A stretch of 64,000 nucleotides of DNA from Vicinamibacterales bacterium (GCA_965206285.1 OZ242205.1:4564478-4628477); one strand, 5' to 3'. Shown: positions 1 to 9,868, counted from the first letter of the stretch. Numbers and translations are program-made. The notes: generated by a model from the letters alone, not told the origin.

Positions 1-665
1 CAGATGTTCCAGTAGCCGTCGATGTGGCGGGTCTCCGCGAGCACGTGCGACAGTCCGCCCACCGACGTCAGGATGAGGGGGCTGACGACCACGAAACCGG
101 TCAGCAGCACCACGAGCTGCACCGCGTTCACCCGGACCGAGGTCAACAGGCCGCCGGCGGTGAAGTAGACCGTCACCACGACCCCGCCGACCAGCGACCC
201 CACCCAGGGATCGAGTCCGCTCACCGCGTGGAGCACGCCGCCCATCGCGATGATCTGCCCGGCGAGGATGGCGAGGGTGCCGACCCACAAGAGGGTGGCG
301 ATGAGAGCGCGCACCTCGCGGCCGTACCGGTGCTCGAGGAAGTCGCCCACCGTCTGCAGGTCGTGGGCCTCGGCCATGCGCCGTAACCGGGGACCCACCC
401 AGAACGCGAGGACGATCGAGCCGATGCCCGCGGACCCGACCCACCACCACGCGCTGAGGCCGTCGCGATAGCCCAGGGCGGCCGCGCCCATCGTCGACCC
501 GGCCCCGATGTTGGCCGCGAGCAGGGTCGTGAAGAGGAGTCCGGGGCCCAGGCGGCGGCCCGCGACGAAGAAATCGACCGGTCCCGAGACCCGCCGGCCG
601 TACCACAGCCCGACCGCCATCAGCAGTCCGGCGTAGCCGAGGATGACGACGAGATACAGATTCAC
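1..665 (-). CDS. sodium:solute symporter (SSF) family permease, N-terminal part; the gene runs off the left edge
   Basis: Not in the ORF track because it is open to the window edge. My translation of the minus strand from GTG (665-663) reads VNLYLVVILGYAGLLMAVGLWYGRRVSGPVDFFVAGRRLGPGLLFTTLLAANIGAGSTMGAAALGY... This is a multi-TM pattern with FFVAGR and GAGSTMG motifs typical of SSF permeases. A GTGA overlap joins it to the stop of the upstream peptidase gene (662-665). Confidence 0.7.
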   Translation of the reverse strand, partial: MNLYLVVILGYAGLLMAVGLWYGRRVSGPVDFFVAGRRLGPGLLFTTLLAANIGAGSTMGAAALGYRDGLSAWWWVGSAGIGSIVLAFWVGPRLRRMAEAHDLQTVGDFLEHRYGREVRALIATLLWVGTLAILAGQIIAMGGVLHAVSGLDPWVGSLVGGVVVTVYFTAGGLLTSVRVNAVQLVVLLTGFVVVSPLILTSVGGLSHVLAETRHIDGYWNI

Positions 666-1717
666 GGACTCGGGCCGGGCGGGAGGTCGCGGGCAGCGGG
701 ATAGCCGGGAATGCCGGTGGCCGCGCGCACCGCCCGCACGACGGCCTCGGCCATCATCTCGGCGGCGAGGGCGCCCACCGTCCCGACGCGCGCCGGCGCG
801 GCGTGGCGTCCCGTCGCCACGGCGAAGATCGCATCGCCGTCGCTGGGGGTATGCGACGGGACGATGGCCCGGGCGAGGCCGTCGTGGGCCATCTGCGCGA
901 CCGTGGTCGCCTCGGCCTGGCTCAGCGCCGCGTTGGTGGCGACGACCCCGAGGGTGGTGTTCTCGCGGGGCCGCCCGCCGCCGGTCCCCGCCCGCAGCAG
1001 GGTGCGCGCGTCGGCGAGGCCCGCGCCGTCGGGGGTGCGGACTCCCGCGACCACCCGGCCCGTCGCGGGGTCGATGACGTCGCCGACGGCGTTGACCGCG
1101 GCCAGCGCGGCCACCACGAGCCCGCCAGGCACGGCGATCGCGGCCGAGCCGAGGCCGCCCTTCATCGCCCGCCCGGCCCCGCCCAGCTTGCCGACCGTCG
1201 CGCCGGCTCCCGCCCCGACGTTGCCCTCCGCCACCGGCCCGGCAGTGGCGGCGGCGGCGGCACGGTAGCCGCAGTCGGCGGTGGGTCGAATCGAGGGGTC
1301 GCCGCCGATGCCCAGATCGAACAGAATCGCGGCCGGCACGATCGGCACCTTCGCGATGCCGGTGTCGTAGCCGATGCCCCGTTCCGACAGGTATCGGACC
1401 ACGCCGCCGGCCGCGTCCAGCCCGAACGCGCTGCCGCCCGCGAGGACGATCGCGTGCACCCGCTGCACGGTCTTGGCGGGGTCGAGCAGATCGGTTTCGC
1501 GCGTCCCCGGGGCGCCGCCTCGGACATCGACCCCGGCGACCGCCCCGGCTCCGGTCAGCACCACGGTGCAGCCGGTCGGCCGCGCGGCGAGGGTGTGGTG
1601 GCCGACCGCGAGACCGGCGACCGCCGTCAGCCCCTGGTGGGGTTGGGCGGACGGCGCCGGCTGGCTCATGAGTCCTCCCGCGAGACAGGAGACCATGACG
1701 AGTATGCGGCGGTCCAT
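662..1717 (-). CDS. P1/S58 family peptidase (DmpA-like L-aminopeptidase)
   Basis: 351-aa ORF. Motifs TGCTVVL, VRGGAPGTRETDLLDP, VHAIVLAGGSAFGLDAA and VPIVPAAILFDL are characteristic of the DmpA/S58 family. The true start may be an internal Met. Confidence 0.8.
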   Translation of the reverse strand: MDRRILVMVSCLAGGLMSQPAPSAQPHQGLTAVAGLAVGHHTLAARPTGCTVVLTGAGAVAGVDVRGGAPGTRETDLLDPAKTVQRVHAIVLAGGSAFGLDAAGGVVRYLSERGIGYDTGIAKVPIVPAAILFDLGIGGDPSIRPTADCGYRAAAAATAGPVAEGNVGAGAGATVGKLGGAGRAMKGGLGSAAIAVPGGLVVAALAAVNAVGDVIDPATGRVVAGVRTPDGAGLADARTLLRAGTGGGRPRENTTLGVVATNAALSQAEATTVAQMAHDGLARAIVPSHTPSDGDAIFAVATGRHAAPARVGTVGALAAEMMAEAVVRAVRAATGIPGYPAARDLPPGPSP

Positions 1718-1916
1718 CGCTCCGGTCGGTCTCTCCGTCGAGGTTCCCGGATGCAGCGGAAAAGCGGAAGTCCGGCGCCTCGGCGGTCCCGGCGCACGGC
1801 CCGGAGCGGCGGGTCGCGTCCCGCGTCCCGGTCGGCCCGGACACCGCCGCCTCGCGGCGCCGCTGCTCGCCCGACCAACCCCGCCGGGAGTCCGCGCCGT
1901 TCCGCGGCGCAGGCGC

Positions 1917-3362
1917 CTACTCGCCGTCGTCGTCGGTCTCGACGCGCTGCAGCGTCTCGCCCGCGAGATAGCGCTCGTACTGCTCGTCGGTCATGAACGC
2001 GACGTCCGTCCAGCCGTGGCCCATCTCGTCCATGGTCCGCGACCCCCAGCCGATCCAGGCGGAGGGGTCGGGGTTGTGCCGGTTGTTGGCGGTGTTGTCG
2101 TGCCAGGACACCGTATGCAGAATCGTGCCCTTCGGGAACGCGTGCGGCTTCTCGTAGGCGTAGACGATCTGCCACGTCTGCTCGTAGTTGGTGACGTCGG
2201 TCAGGATCTCGCGGCGGCCGTCGACGTGAATCGCCTCGAGCAGCATCCGGCTGCCCCGGAAGTGCATGTGGGGCTGGAAGCTGAGGATCAGCGCGGCCTG
2301 CGGCAGCGGCCAGAACCGCTCGTGGCGCGCCACCGTGTCGGGCGGAATGCTCAGGAGGGCGACCCCGTTCAGGGTGTTGTCGTCGATGAGGAGCCCGGTC
2401 GGCATCCTCTCCGCGTGCAGGTCGAGGTCGTGGCCGGCCGCGAGCAGCCGGTCCTCGACCGCCTCGCGGTTCAGCTTCCAGTCGTGCCCGATGCCGGTGC
2501 GGATGCGGTGGGCGGTGACGATCAGCTCGGGCGCCTGTCCCTTGGGATAGAACTTGATGCCGACCTTCTGCCGGTCGATGGTCTCCTCGCCCCACGGATG
2601 GTAGTGGGGGGCGAACCGGAACAGCCCCCCCGCCGGCAGCTTCCGCCCCGTGCCCTCGGGATAGTACTGGCCGGTGCTGCCCATGGCGTACTCGATGAGG
2701 TCGATCTCGCGGGTGTTCGACCCCATGCCGAGCCGGAACTCCTCGCGGTCCTCCGCCGTCTCCGGCACGCTGACGTACACGTGCGAATGGTGCACGCAGC
2801 AGTAGGCTTCGGGAATGATCTGCACCCACTTCACGTACCGGTCCTCGGTCAGCCCCGGATCGACGATCTCGGACGGATAGAAGTCGGCGCCCTCGGCGGG
2901 AATCTCGAAGCCCTTCTCCATCTGGACGATCAGGTCGGGCTCGCCGTAGGTCCACTCGTCCAGCGCCGCGAACTCGAGCGGGGGCGGCGCGTCGGCCGGA
3001 TTGCCCCGCGGCGCTCCGGCCGCGACCCACGCGACGATGGTGGCGATCTCGGCGTCGCTCAGCGACGGGTCGGCGACGTACTCGCCGATGCTGCGGTCGA
3101 GGTGCCACGGCGGCATCTGCCGGGCGACGACGCGATCGCGAATCGCCCGCGCCCACGGGCGGGTCTCCTCGTACGTCAGCAGCGACATCGGGGCCCCGGT
3201 GCCCGGCCGGTGGCATTTCTGACACGAGCGCTGCAGCAGGGGCAGCACGTCGCGGGTGAAGGTGGCGCCGTCGTTGGACTGGCCCGCGGCGGCGGCGTTC
3301 GGGCCGAAGAGACCGGCCGCGAGGGCGATGACGACGGCAACGCGTGTCGAGACGACGCGCAT
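1917..3362 (-). CDS. secreted c-type haem protein with a Cu(II) ascorbate-type monooxygenase-like His pattern
   Basis: 481-aa ORF with a signal-like N-terminus (MRVVSTRVAVVIALAAGLFG). A CxxCH site lies in FTRDVLPLLQRSCQKCH. His clusters CCVHHSH, PHYHPW and QPHMHFRGS, plus later Met residues, follow the HH..H..HxH..M order of PHM/DBH-type copper sites. The product assignment is inference. Confidence 0.55.
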   Translation of the reverse strand: MRVVSTRVAVVIALAAGLFGPNAAAAGQSNDGATFTRDVLPLLQRSCQKCHRPGTGAPMSLLTYEETRPWARAIRDRVVARQMPPWHLDRSIGEYVADPSLSDAEIATIVAWVAAGAPRGNPADAPPPLEFAALDEWTYGEPDLIVQMEKGFEIPAEGADFYPSEIVDPGLTEDRYVKWVQIIPEAYCCVHHSHVYVSVPETAEDREEFRLGMGSNTREIDLIEYAMGSTGQYYPEGTGRKLPAGGLFRFAPHYHPWGEETIDRQKVGIKFYPKGQAPELIVTAHRIRTGIGHDWKLNREAVEDRLLAAGHDLDLHAERMPTGLLIDDNTLNGVALLSIPPDTVARHERFWPLPQAALILSFQPHMHFRGSRMLLEAIHVDGRREILTDVTNYEQTWQIVYAYEKPHAFPKGTILHTVSWHDNTANNRHNPDPSAWIGWGSRTMDEMGHGWTDVAFMTDEQYERYLAGETLQRVETDDDGE

Positions 3363-3737
3363 GGCGATGACCTCCAGGAAGATGCAACCGAGCGGATGTC
3401 GTTCAGTCTAGTGGACTCCGCCGCCCAAATCCATACGCAGCCCGCGGCGCCGCCCCTTGGCGCACCATGAGATGGGGCCTGAATCGGCGAAATCGCTCGG
3501 CCGGCGCGCCGGAGCGACCTCGCGCGAAGGCGAACCGGCGGCTCGGCTCGGCCGGCCCTCGTTCGGGCGCAATCCGTGCCGCGGTGCGTGGTAGAGTCTC
3601 CGTCTGCGGTTCCCGCCGGCCCGCTCGGTTCGAGCGGGGCAGGCGACCGTTTGCCGGACCGGGGGAGCGCGGTTGCCCCGACAGCCCGCTCGGGCGTCGG
3701 CGGCGGGAATTCGAGGGCGAAAGGAGTCGGGGCCAGG

Positions 3738-4508
3738 ATGACTGTCCGAGCCGTGCTGCCCGCGTTGGCCGCGTCGGTGCTGTTCGCCGGAGCGTTGGCC
3801 GCACCGGCGCTCGCGCAGAACGAGCCGGTGTATCCGGTGTACGACGGCTTCACCATCACCGAGGACGGCCTCTACGTGGTGTCGTTCGCCTATTTCAGCC
3901 ACAATTTCGAGCCCGTGACGGTGGCCCCCGGCCCGCGGAACCGGTTCGAGCCGTCCGCCGCCGACCGCGGGCAGCCGGCGATGTTCCTGCCGGGGCACCA
4001 CCGGTTCCAGTGCGTGATGGTCCTCGACGCCGATTTCGCGGGCGATCTGCGGTGGACGGTGGACCATGCCGGCGTCTCGACCGGCACCAGCGAGGACATG
4101 CTGCAGTACAACTGGGAGTTCGAGGAGCGCTCGATGCGCAACCTGCTGCGCGACGTCGAGCCGGCCGAGGCCCCCCGCGGCGTCTGCCTCAACCGGTCGC
4201 CGACGGTCAGGTTCCTCGGGCTGCGGAACAGCCCCGAGGGGGCGCCGCCCGAGGTGGCGGCGGCCGTCGGGCAGCCGCTGAAGCTGTTCGGCAGCGTCCG
4301 CGACGAGGGGCTGCCCCGCGATGGGGCGCTGGCCACCCGCTGGCGGATGCTGAGCGGCCCCGGCGGCGTTACCTTCAGCGCACTGGGCGAGCCGCGCACG
4401 CTGGCCTCGTTCGACGCCGCGGGGCGCTACGAGCTCGAGCTGTGGGCCGGCGACGGCGAGCGCGAGGGGTCCAACCGGGTCGCGGTCACCGTCGGGCCCG
4501 CCCCGTGA
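3738..4508 (+). CDS. secreted hypothetical protein
   Basis: Frame of ORF 3576..4508; I start at Met55 (3738). Signal peptide MTVRAVLPALAASVLFAGALAAPALAQ. An AAGGAG lies upstream at 3721. The C-terminal ~90 aa look like an Ig/PKD-type beta domain (weak). No family recognised. Confidence 0.5.
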   Translation: MTVRAVLPALAASVLFAGALAAPALAQNEPVYPVYDGFTITEDGLYVVSFAYFSHNFEPVTVAPGPRNRFEPSAADRGQPAMFLPGHHRFQCVMVLDADFAGDLRWTVDHAGVSTGTSEDMLQYNWEFEERSMRNLLRDVEPAEAPRGVCLNRSPTVRFLGLRNSPEGAPPEVAAAVGQPLKLFGSVRDEGLPRDGALATRWRMLSGPGGVTFSALGEPRTLASFDAAGRYELELWAGDGEREGSNRVAVTVGPAP

Positions 4509-4511
4509 GGA

Positions 4512-4640
4512 TGCGCGACCTTGCGGCCTTGCCCGCCAGCGAGCCGACCAGGCCGCCGATCCCGGGCAGTAGCTTGCGGTCGCGTTGGGAGTTTCGCTGG
4601 CGCGAGACCCCTACGGCGACGATTTCCGGGTCAGGTCCCA
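4512..4640. repeat. composite copy of the dispersed intergenic repeat family
   Basis: Contains GCGCGACCTTGCGG, GATCCCGGGC, GGTCGCGTTGGGAGTTTCGCTGGCGCG and CGGCGACGATTTCCGGG. Each module recurs at other intergenic sites (9903, 14467, 51051, 14521, 24084, 29370, 29785). Confidence 0.65.
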
Positions 4641-4882
4641 GCGGACGGGCCCGCCCCTTATCTGCTTGTCTCCGTTCGGCCCGGCAGACTACAATTCTTG
4701 GTTCCTGACGTATCAGGGTCGCTCGTGCCAGTCGGGCATATGCCCGTTCGGAGGCGAGAGGTTCCGATACGGCTCCTGACGGAACGTCTGCCGATGGCGC
4801 CTCCATGGTGGCGGCGCCGGTGCCGGCAAGCGCCGAGGCGCCGTGGCGGCGTTGACGGCGGCAGGATCCAGGAAAGGATTCC

Positions 4883-6391
4883 GTGCGCGTATTCATCGTC
4901 AACCCCAGCCACTTCTCGTTCGGCGTAGCCGTCATCACCCCCCGCTGGCTGTACGTGCTCGCGGCGGCGACCCCCCGCAAGTGGGGCGATCCGATCCTGG
5001 TCGACGAGTGTCTCGAGCCGTTCGACGACAGCCAGATCGAGCCCGGCGACGTCGTCGGCATCGGCATTCACACCGGCAATGCCCTGGTGGGCTACGCGCT
5101 CGGCCGGCGGGTGCGCGAGCGCGGGGCGTGGGTCGCGTACGGCGGCATCCACGCGACGCTGTATCCCGAAGAGGCGCACGAGCGGGGCGGCGCCCACGCC
5201 GTGGTCAAGGGCGACGGCGACGTCGCCTGGGGAACCGTCATCGAGGACTGCGCCAAGGGCGAGCCGCAGCGCATCTACGACGCCGGCCAGGTCGACGCCA
5301 GCGTGTTCAAGCCCGCCCGCTGGGACCTGCTGAAGCGCGAGAACTACATGTGGGCGTCGGTCCAGACCGTGCGGGGCTGCCCCAAGCACTGCTCGTTCTG
5401 CTCGGTGTGGCGCACCGACGGGCAGAAGCCGCGCCAGCGGCCGGTGAATCCCGTCGTCGAGGAGATCGTCGAGCTGCGGCGCATGGGCTTCCGGTTCGTC
5501 GCCCTCGCCGACGACAACTTCTATCCCGTCACCCTCGAAGACCTCCGGATGGCCGACCGGCGCGAGGACAAGGCCCGCTACAACCAGCTGAAGGCCCTGC
5601 GGGACGAGCGCTTCGAGCTGATGGCCCAGATGGAGAAGCTGCCGAGCGATCTGGTGTTCTACACCCAGATCACCATGGAGGCGGCCGAGGACACCGAGTT
5701 CCTCGACGCGATGCGGAGGGCCCGCATCCTCGGCGCCCTCGTCGGCGTCGAGGCGGTGACCCCCGACGGCCTGAAGGACGTCTACAAGGAGTTCAATCTC
5801 GCCGGCGACGAGCTCGTCGAGCGGCTGAAGCTGTTCAAGGAGCACGGCGTGCACGTCCTCGGGTCGTTCATCTTCGGGCTGCCGAGCGACCGCCCGGCCA
5901 CCTTCAAGGCCACGCTGGATCTGGCGCGCCGGGCCGACATCACGTTCGCGCAGTTCGTGACGCTGACGCCGTTCCCGGGCACCCTCGACTTCGACCGGTG
6001 GGAGCAGGACAACGCGGAGGACATGCCGCACGTCGACGGCATTCCCATCTCGCGCCACTGGCTCATCCCCCAGTCGAAGCGTCCCAAGCTGATGACCGCC
6101 CACCCGGTGATGTCGGGCGAGGAGATCCGCGTCCACACCCAGGCGGTCTGGGACCACTTCTACAGCGTCAGGGAGGCCTGGCGCCGCTCGGCGGTCCTGA
6201 AGTCGCTGAAGGGCCGTCTCGCCTTCCTCCTGGTCTCCAAGCTCTACCGGCAGATGTTCGCCAACACCGGCCTGTCCACCGACAGCGCCCGCGTGTCGCG
6301 GTCGACCCAGTGGGCCCGCCTGATGGCCAAGCCCGCCCACCGGCTCTTCGCCGCCGAGCCCATGCCCGACCTGCAGGTCCCGGCGCCGTAG
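4883..6391 (+). CDS. B12-binding domain radical SAM protein
   Basis: 502-aa ORF. The N-terminal region is Rossmann-like (cobalamin-binding type: DVVGIGIHTGNA, AYGGIHATL). Radical SAM cluster motif VRGCPKHCSFCSV (CxxxCxxC). Substrate unknown. Confidence 0.85.
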   Translation: MRVFIVNPSHFSFGVAVITPRWLYVLAAATPRKWGDPILVDECLEPFDDSQIEPGDVVGIGIHTGNALVGYALGRRVRERGAWVAYGGIHATLYPEEAHERGGAHAVVKGDGDVAWGTVIEDCAKGEPQRIYDAGQVDASVFKPARWDLLKRENYMWASVQTVRGCPKHCSFCSVWRTDGQKPRQRPVNPVVEEIVELRRMGFRFVALADDNFYPVTLEDLRMADRREDKARYNQLKALRDERFELMAQMEKLPSDLVFYTQITMEAAEDTEFLDAMRRARILGALVGVEAVTPDGLKDVYKEFNLAGDELVERLKLFKEHGVHVLGSFIFGLPSDRPATFKATLDLARRADITFAQFVTLTPFPGTLDFDRWEQDNAEDMPHVDGIPISRHWLIPQSKRPKLMTAHPVMSGEEIRVHTQAVWDHFYSVREAWRRSAVLKSLKGRLAFLLVSKLYRQMFANTGLSTDSARVSRSTQWARLMAKPAHRLFAAEPMPDLQVPAP

Positions 6392-6423
6392 CCGGGAACC
6401 GGCCCTCGTGTTATGTTGAACAC

Positions 6424-6603
6424 GTGGTCGAAACCCTCACCGCCGTTGCGGCCGTGGTCGGCGCCGTCGGTTCCCTCGCGGCGGGGGCCGGGGTGCTGGT
6501 CGTCAACGGCAAGCTCGACCGGCTCACCGGCCGCGTCGACGCCGTCGAGTCGACGCTGCAGACCCTCATGGTCGGCCTGATCGGTCGGTCGGACACGAAG
6601 TAG
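6424..6603 (+). CDS. small hypothetical membrane/coiled-coil protein (59 aa)
   Basis: GTG at 6424, in the frame of shadow ORF 4843..6603. Sequence VVETLTAVAAVVGAVGSLAAGAGVLVVNGKLDRLTGRVDAVESTLQTLMVGLIGRSDTK, i.e. one hydrophobic helix then an amphipathic tail. No homology recognised; may be non-coding. Confidence 0.3.
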   Translation: MVETLTAVAAVVGAVGSLAAGAGVLVVNGKLDRLTGRVDAVESTLQTLMVGLIGRSDTK

Positions 6604-6692
6604 AGGACCGATACAGTCGGGCAGGGCAATCAGGGGGGTCTGCGTTGGGCTGTTCGCGATCGTTCTCAGGACGGCATGGACATCGTATCCGG

Positions 6693-7418
6693 TCATGTGC
6701 TTTCGGCCAGCCGGGCGATGAACCGGCGGTGTTCGTCGGAGTCGATGCCCTTCTGCAGCGCCGCGAGGGCGGCGGCGAGCTCGCCGTTCAGCAGGGCGCG
6801 GCAGGCGATTCGCAGGCCGGGGAAGACGCGGCTGCGGATGACGTCGGCGTCATCGGCGGGCAGGAGACGGTAATCGCCGTCCGCCAGCTCGAACCAGTCG
6901 ATGCGCTGGTCCCGGGTCCGCCACACGACGTACTCCTGCACCCCGTTGCGGCGGTAGGCACGGAGCTTGTCGTGCAGGTCGATCGACGCGCTGCTGGCGG
7001 AGACTTCCACGACGAGCTCCGGCGCCCCCTCCAGATAGCCGTCGCTCAGCCGTGATCGGCCGCCGGCCGGCGCGTCGATGCACAGCAGCACGTCGGGCTG
7101 CGGTTCGTTCTCGAGGTCGAGACGAACGGTGGCGTTGTCGGCGACGCGAACCCCGGCGGTCGAGGCTGCGTAGACACCGAGCACGCTCTGGATCGCGGAA
7201 TGGGCCTCCGCGTGGACGAAGCTGACCGGCGACGGCATGTAGACGATTCCCTCTATCAGTTGCGCCTTCTTGAGGTCCGGCCGCATCGCGTAGCGCCGCT
7301 CGAACTCGCATCGCGTGAGGCGGTCTCCGTTCTCCAGGGCAGGCGCCCGCGACGCCGGAGGGTGCGGCGGCGCGGGCCCGGGTGCCCCCGACCGTGGAGT
7401 GACGTCGAGCTCAGCCAT
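6693..7418 (-). CDS. Uma2 family endonuclease (DUF820)
   Basis: Only the last 241 aa of the 1079-aa ORF 6693..9932 are accepted. Motifs LTRCEFERRY, KAQLIEGIVYMPSPVSFVHAEAH, PDVLLC and APELVVEVSASS match the Uma2/PD-(D/E)XK-like pattern. Confidence 0.8.
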   Translation of the reverse strand: MAELDVTPRSGAPGPAPPHPPASRAPALENGDRLTRCEFERRYAMRPDLKKAQLIEGIVYMPSPVSFVHAEAHSAIQSVLGVYAASTAGVRVADNATVRLDLENEPQPDVLLCIDAPAGGRSRLSDGYLEGAPELVVEVSASSASIDLHDKLRAYRRNGVQEYVVWRTRDQRIDWFELADGDYRLLPADDADVIRSRVFPGLRIACRALLNGELAAALAALQKGIDSDEHRRFIARLAEST

Positions 7419-7444
7419 GGGCGGCAGGGCCTCCGACCCGGGAC

Positions 7445-9868
7445 TCAGTTCGCCGCGCTTCCGCCCGGCTGCAAATGCTCGAGGATGAAGTCGAGCATCT
7501 TCTGGCGCAGGTGGGCGTTCTGGTCGGCGTCGACGATTCCGTGCCGTGAGCGCGGATACAGCATCAGGTCGAACTGCTTGCCGGCCTTCTGGAGCTCGTA
7601 GGCGAACTGCAGGGTGTTCTGCATGTGGACGTTGTCGTCCATGGTGCCGTGGATGAGCAGGAGCGCCCCGTGCAGGTCGGCGGCGTTGAAGCGGGGCGAG
7701 CTGGCGCGGTAGCCGTCGGGGTTGTTCTGGGGCGTCCGCATGTAGCGCTCGGTGTAGATGGTGTCGTAGTCGCGCCAGTCGGTCACCGTGCCCCCGGCGA
7801 TGCCCATCGCGAAGCTGTCGCTGTGGGTCAGCGCGTAGCTGGTCATGAAGCCGCCGTAGCTCCAGCCTTCGATGCCGATGCGGGCGGCGTCGACCCACGG
7901 CTGGTCGCGCAGCCACGCCACCCCGTCCTCGATGTCGGCGAGCTCCTGCTTGCCGAACTGCTGGTACACCGGCCAGGTGGACACCGCGCCCTTGCCGCTC
8001 GCGGTGCGGTTGTCCATGACCCAGACGACGATGCCCTGCTGGGCGAGGAGCTGGTAGAACAGGTTGGCGGTGCCTCCCCAGCGGTTCCGGACCTGCTGCG
8101 CGTGGGGGCCGCCGTAGGTGTGCTGGAACACCGGGTAGCGGTTCGCGGGGTCGAAGTCGGGGGGGCGGATGAGCATGGCCTCCATGACGAACCCGTCCCG
8201 CGCGGTCACCTGCAGGAGCTCGGGGCTCGACAGCCGGTAGTCTTCGAGGGCGCGGACGCGGTTCTCGGCGAGTACCCGGGTCTCGGCGCCGTCGGCGGCG
8301 TGAAGGCGCACCTGGGGCGGGGTCTCGACGTCGCTCCAAGTGTCGAGATAGTGACTGAAGCCGGGGCTGAAGCGGGCAGTGTGGGTGCCGGGGCGCTCGG
8401 ACAGCCGGGTCAGGTCCGCGCCGTCGAGCTTGACGCGGTAGACGTCGCCGCCGATGGGGCTGCGCCGGGTGCCGGAGAAGTACACCCATTCCGACTCCTC
8501 GTCGACGCCGTGCAGGGTGCGCAGCTCCCACTCGCCGTGGGTGACCTGGCGGATCAGGGCGCCGTCGGGCTCGTAGTGGTACAGGTGCTTCCACCCCGAG
8601 CGCTCGCTGAGCCACAGGAACGTCCCGTCGTCGAGCCACCGGGGGTCGCCGTTGACGGAGACCCAGGCCGGGCTGGTCTCGCGGAAGAGCTGCGTCATCT
8701 CGCCGGTGGTGGGATCGGCGAGGTTCAGGTCGAGCCAGGTCTGCTCGCGGTTCTGCACCTGGAAGACGACCTCGTCGCCGCCGGGCGTCCACCCCGCCGA
8801 GACGAGCAACATGTCGGTGGGGGTGTAGCGGCCCAGGTCCACCCAGGCCGTGTCGCCGCCGGCCGCGGGCACGACGCCGAGGCGGACCAGCGGGTTCCGG
8901 TCGCCCGCCTTGGGGTAGTTGGTCTGCTCGAGACCGAGCCGGTAGGGCAGGTGGTCGACCACCGTGAACGCCTGGACGGGGCTCTCGTCGGTCTGCAGAT
9001 ACGCGAGCCGCGACGAGTCCGGGCTCCACCAGTAGCCCTTGAAGTTGCCGCGGCCGTAGATCTCCTCCTGGTACACCCAGTCGAGCTCGCCGTTGAGCAG
9101 CTGTACTCCGTCGCCGCCCTCGGTGAGCGCCCACTCGCGGCCGGTGTCCACGTCCACGACGGAGAGGTCGTAGCCCCGGACGAAGGCCACCATCCGGCCG
9201 TCGGGGCTGAACGCGGGCATCGATTCCGCGGCGGGGTCGCGGGTCAGCCGCCGCACCCGCACCTCGTCGGCGTCCTGCCGATCGAGGTGGTAGAGGTCGC
9301 TCGAGATGTTCATGACCGCGGCCGAGTGGTCGGCGTTCCACACGAGCCGGGGGCCCCGCGCCGCGCGCCGCGCCGCCGCGCTCATCCCCGGCAGGTCGGC
9401 GAGCGCCCGCTCGAGGGCGGCGCCGTCCAGGAACGGCTCGGCGTCGCCGGTCGACGCGTCGACCGACATCAGGTCCGTGCGGCCCGAAGCGCGTTCGTTC
9501 CGGATGTAGTGGGTATCGCTGATCCAGGCGAGTCCGGTCGGTGTCCGGCCGCTGAAGTCGACCCGCCGGTCGGGGTGGTATATCGCGTCGATGGTCAGCG
9601 ACCGCTGCTGGGCCGCCGCCGATTCGGCGAACGACAGCGCCGCGAGGGCCGCCAGCGCGGCGATGCATCCCGCGAGGACGGCGTTGCGCAGCAGACCGCT
9701 CGCGATCCGCGGTCGCCGGGGCCCGACCCGCACCCTCGTCGCGCCCGGCAACGCGGGCGCCTCGCCGGTCTCGATGCAACGTGCGGTTTCGCGGCGGGCT
9801 TCTCGATACCAACGGATCATCGTGCCTCTCCTTGCGATGCGGACCGGACGGTTCCGTACGGGATACAC
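7445..9868 (-). CDS. S9 family serine peptidase, dipeptidyl-peptidase IV-like
   Basis: 807-aa ORF. A long N-terminal beta-propeller-type region precedes an alpha/beta hydrolase domain with GWSYGG. A signal/anchor segment is LAGCIAALAALAALSFAESAAAQ. Alternative start at Met17 (9820). Confidence 0.85.
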   Translation of the reverse strand: MYPVRNRPVRIARRGTMIRWYREARRETARCIETGEAPALPGATRVRVGPRRPRIASGLLRNAVLAGCIAALAALAALSFAESAAAQQRSLTIDAIYHPDRRVDFSGRTPTGLAWISDTHYIRNERASGRTDLMSVDASTGDAEPFLDGAALERALADLPGMSAAARRAARGPRLVWNADHSAAVMNISSDLYHLDRQDADEVRVRRLTRDPAAESMPAFSPDGRMVAFVRGYDLSVVDVDTGREWALTEGGDGVQLLNGELDWVYQEEIYGRGNFKGYWWSPDSSRLAYLQTDESPVQAFTVVDHLPYRLGLEQTNYPKAGDRNPLVRLGVVPAAGGDTAWVDLGRYTPTDMLLVSAGWTPGGDEVVFQVQNREQTWLDLNLADPTTGEMTQLFRETSPAWVSVNGDPRWLDDGTFLWLSERSGWKHLYHYEPDGALIRQVTHGEWELRTLHGVDEESEWVYFSGTRRSPIGGDVYRVKLDGADLTRLSERPGTHTARFSPGFSHYLDTWSDVETPPQVRLHAADGAETRVLAENRVRALEDYRLSSPELLQVTARDGFVMEAMLIRPPDFDPANRYPVFQHTYGGPHAQQVRNRWGGTANLFYQLLAQQGIVVWVMDNRTASGKGAVSTWPVYQQFGKQELADIEDGVAWLRDQPWVDAARIGIEGWSYGGFMTSYALTHSDSFAMGIAGGTVTDWRDYDTIYTERYMRTPQNNPDGYRASSPRFNAADLHGALLLIHGTMDDNVHMQNTLQFAYELQKAGKQFDLMLYPRSRHGIVDADQNAHLRQKMLDFILEHLQPGGSAAN

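Noticed and set aside
3615-3645. Hairpin CCCGCTC-GGTTC-GAGCGGG with a GGTTCGA string resembling a tRNA T-arm; a nearby GGTAGAG resembles a D-loop.
   Set aside because: Loop and stem sizes do not fit a T-arm (the loop would need to be TTCRANY, 7 nt). No acceptor or anticodon stems can be drawn around it. I found no tRNA in the window.
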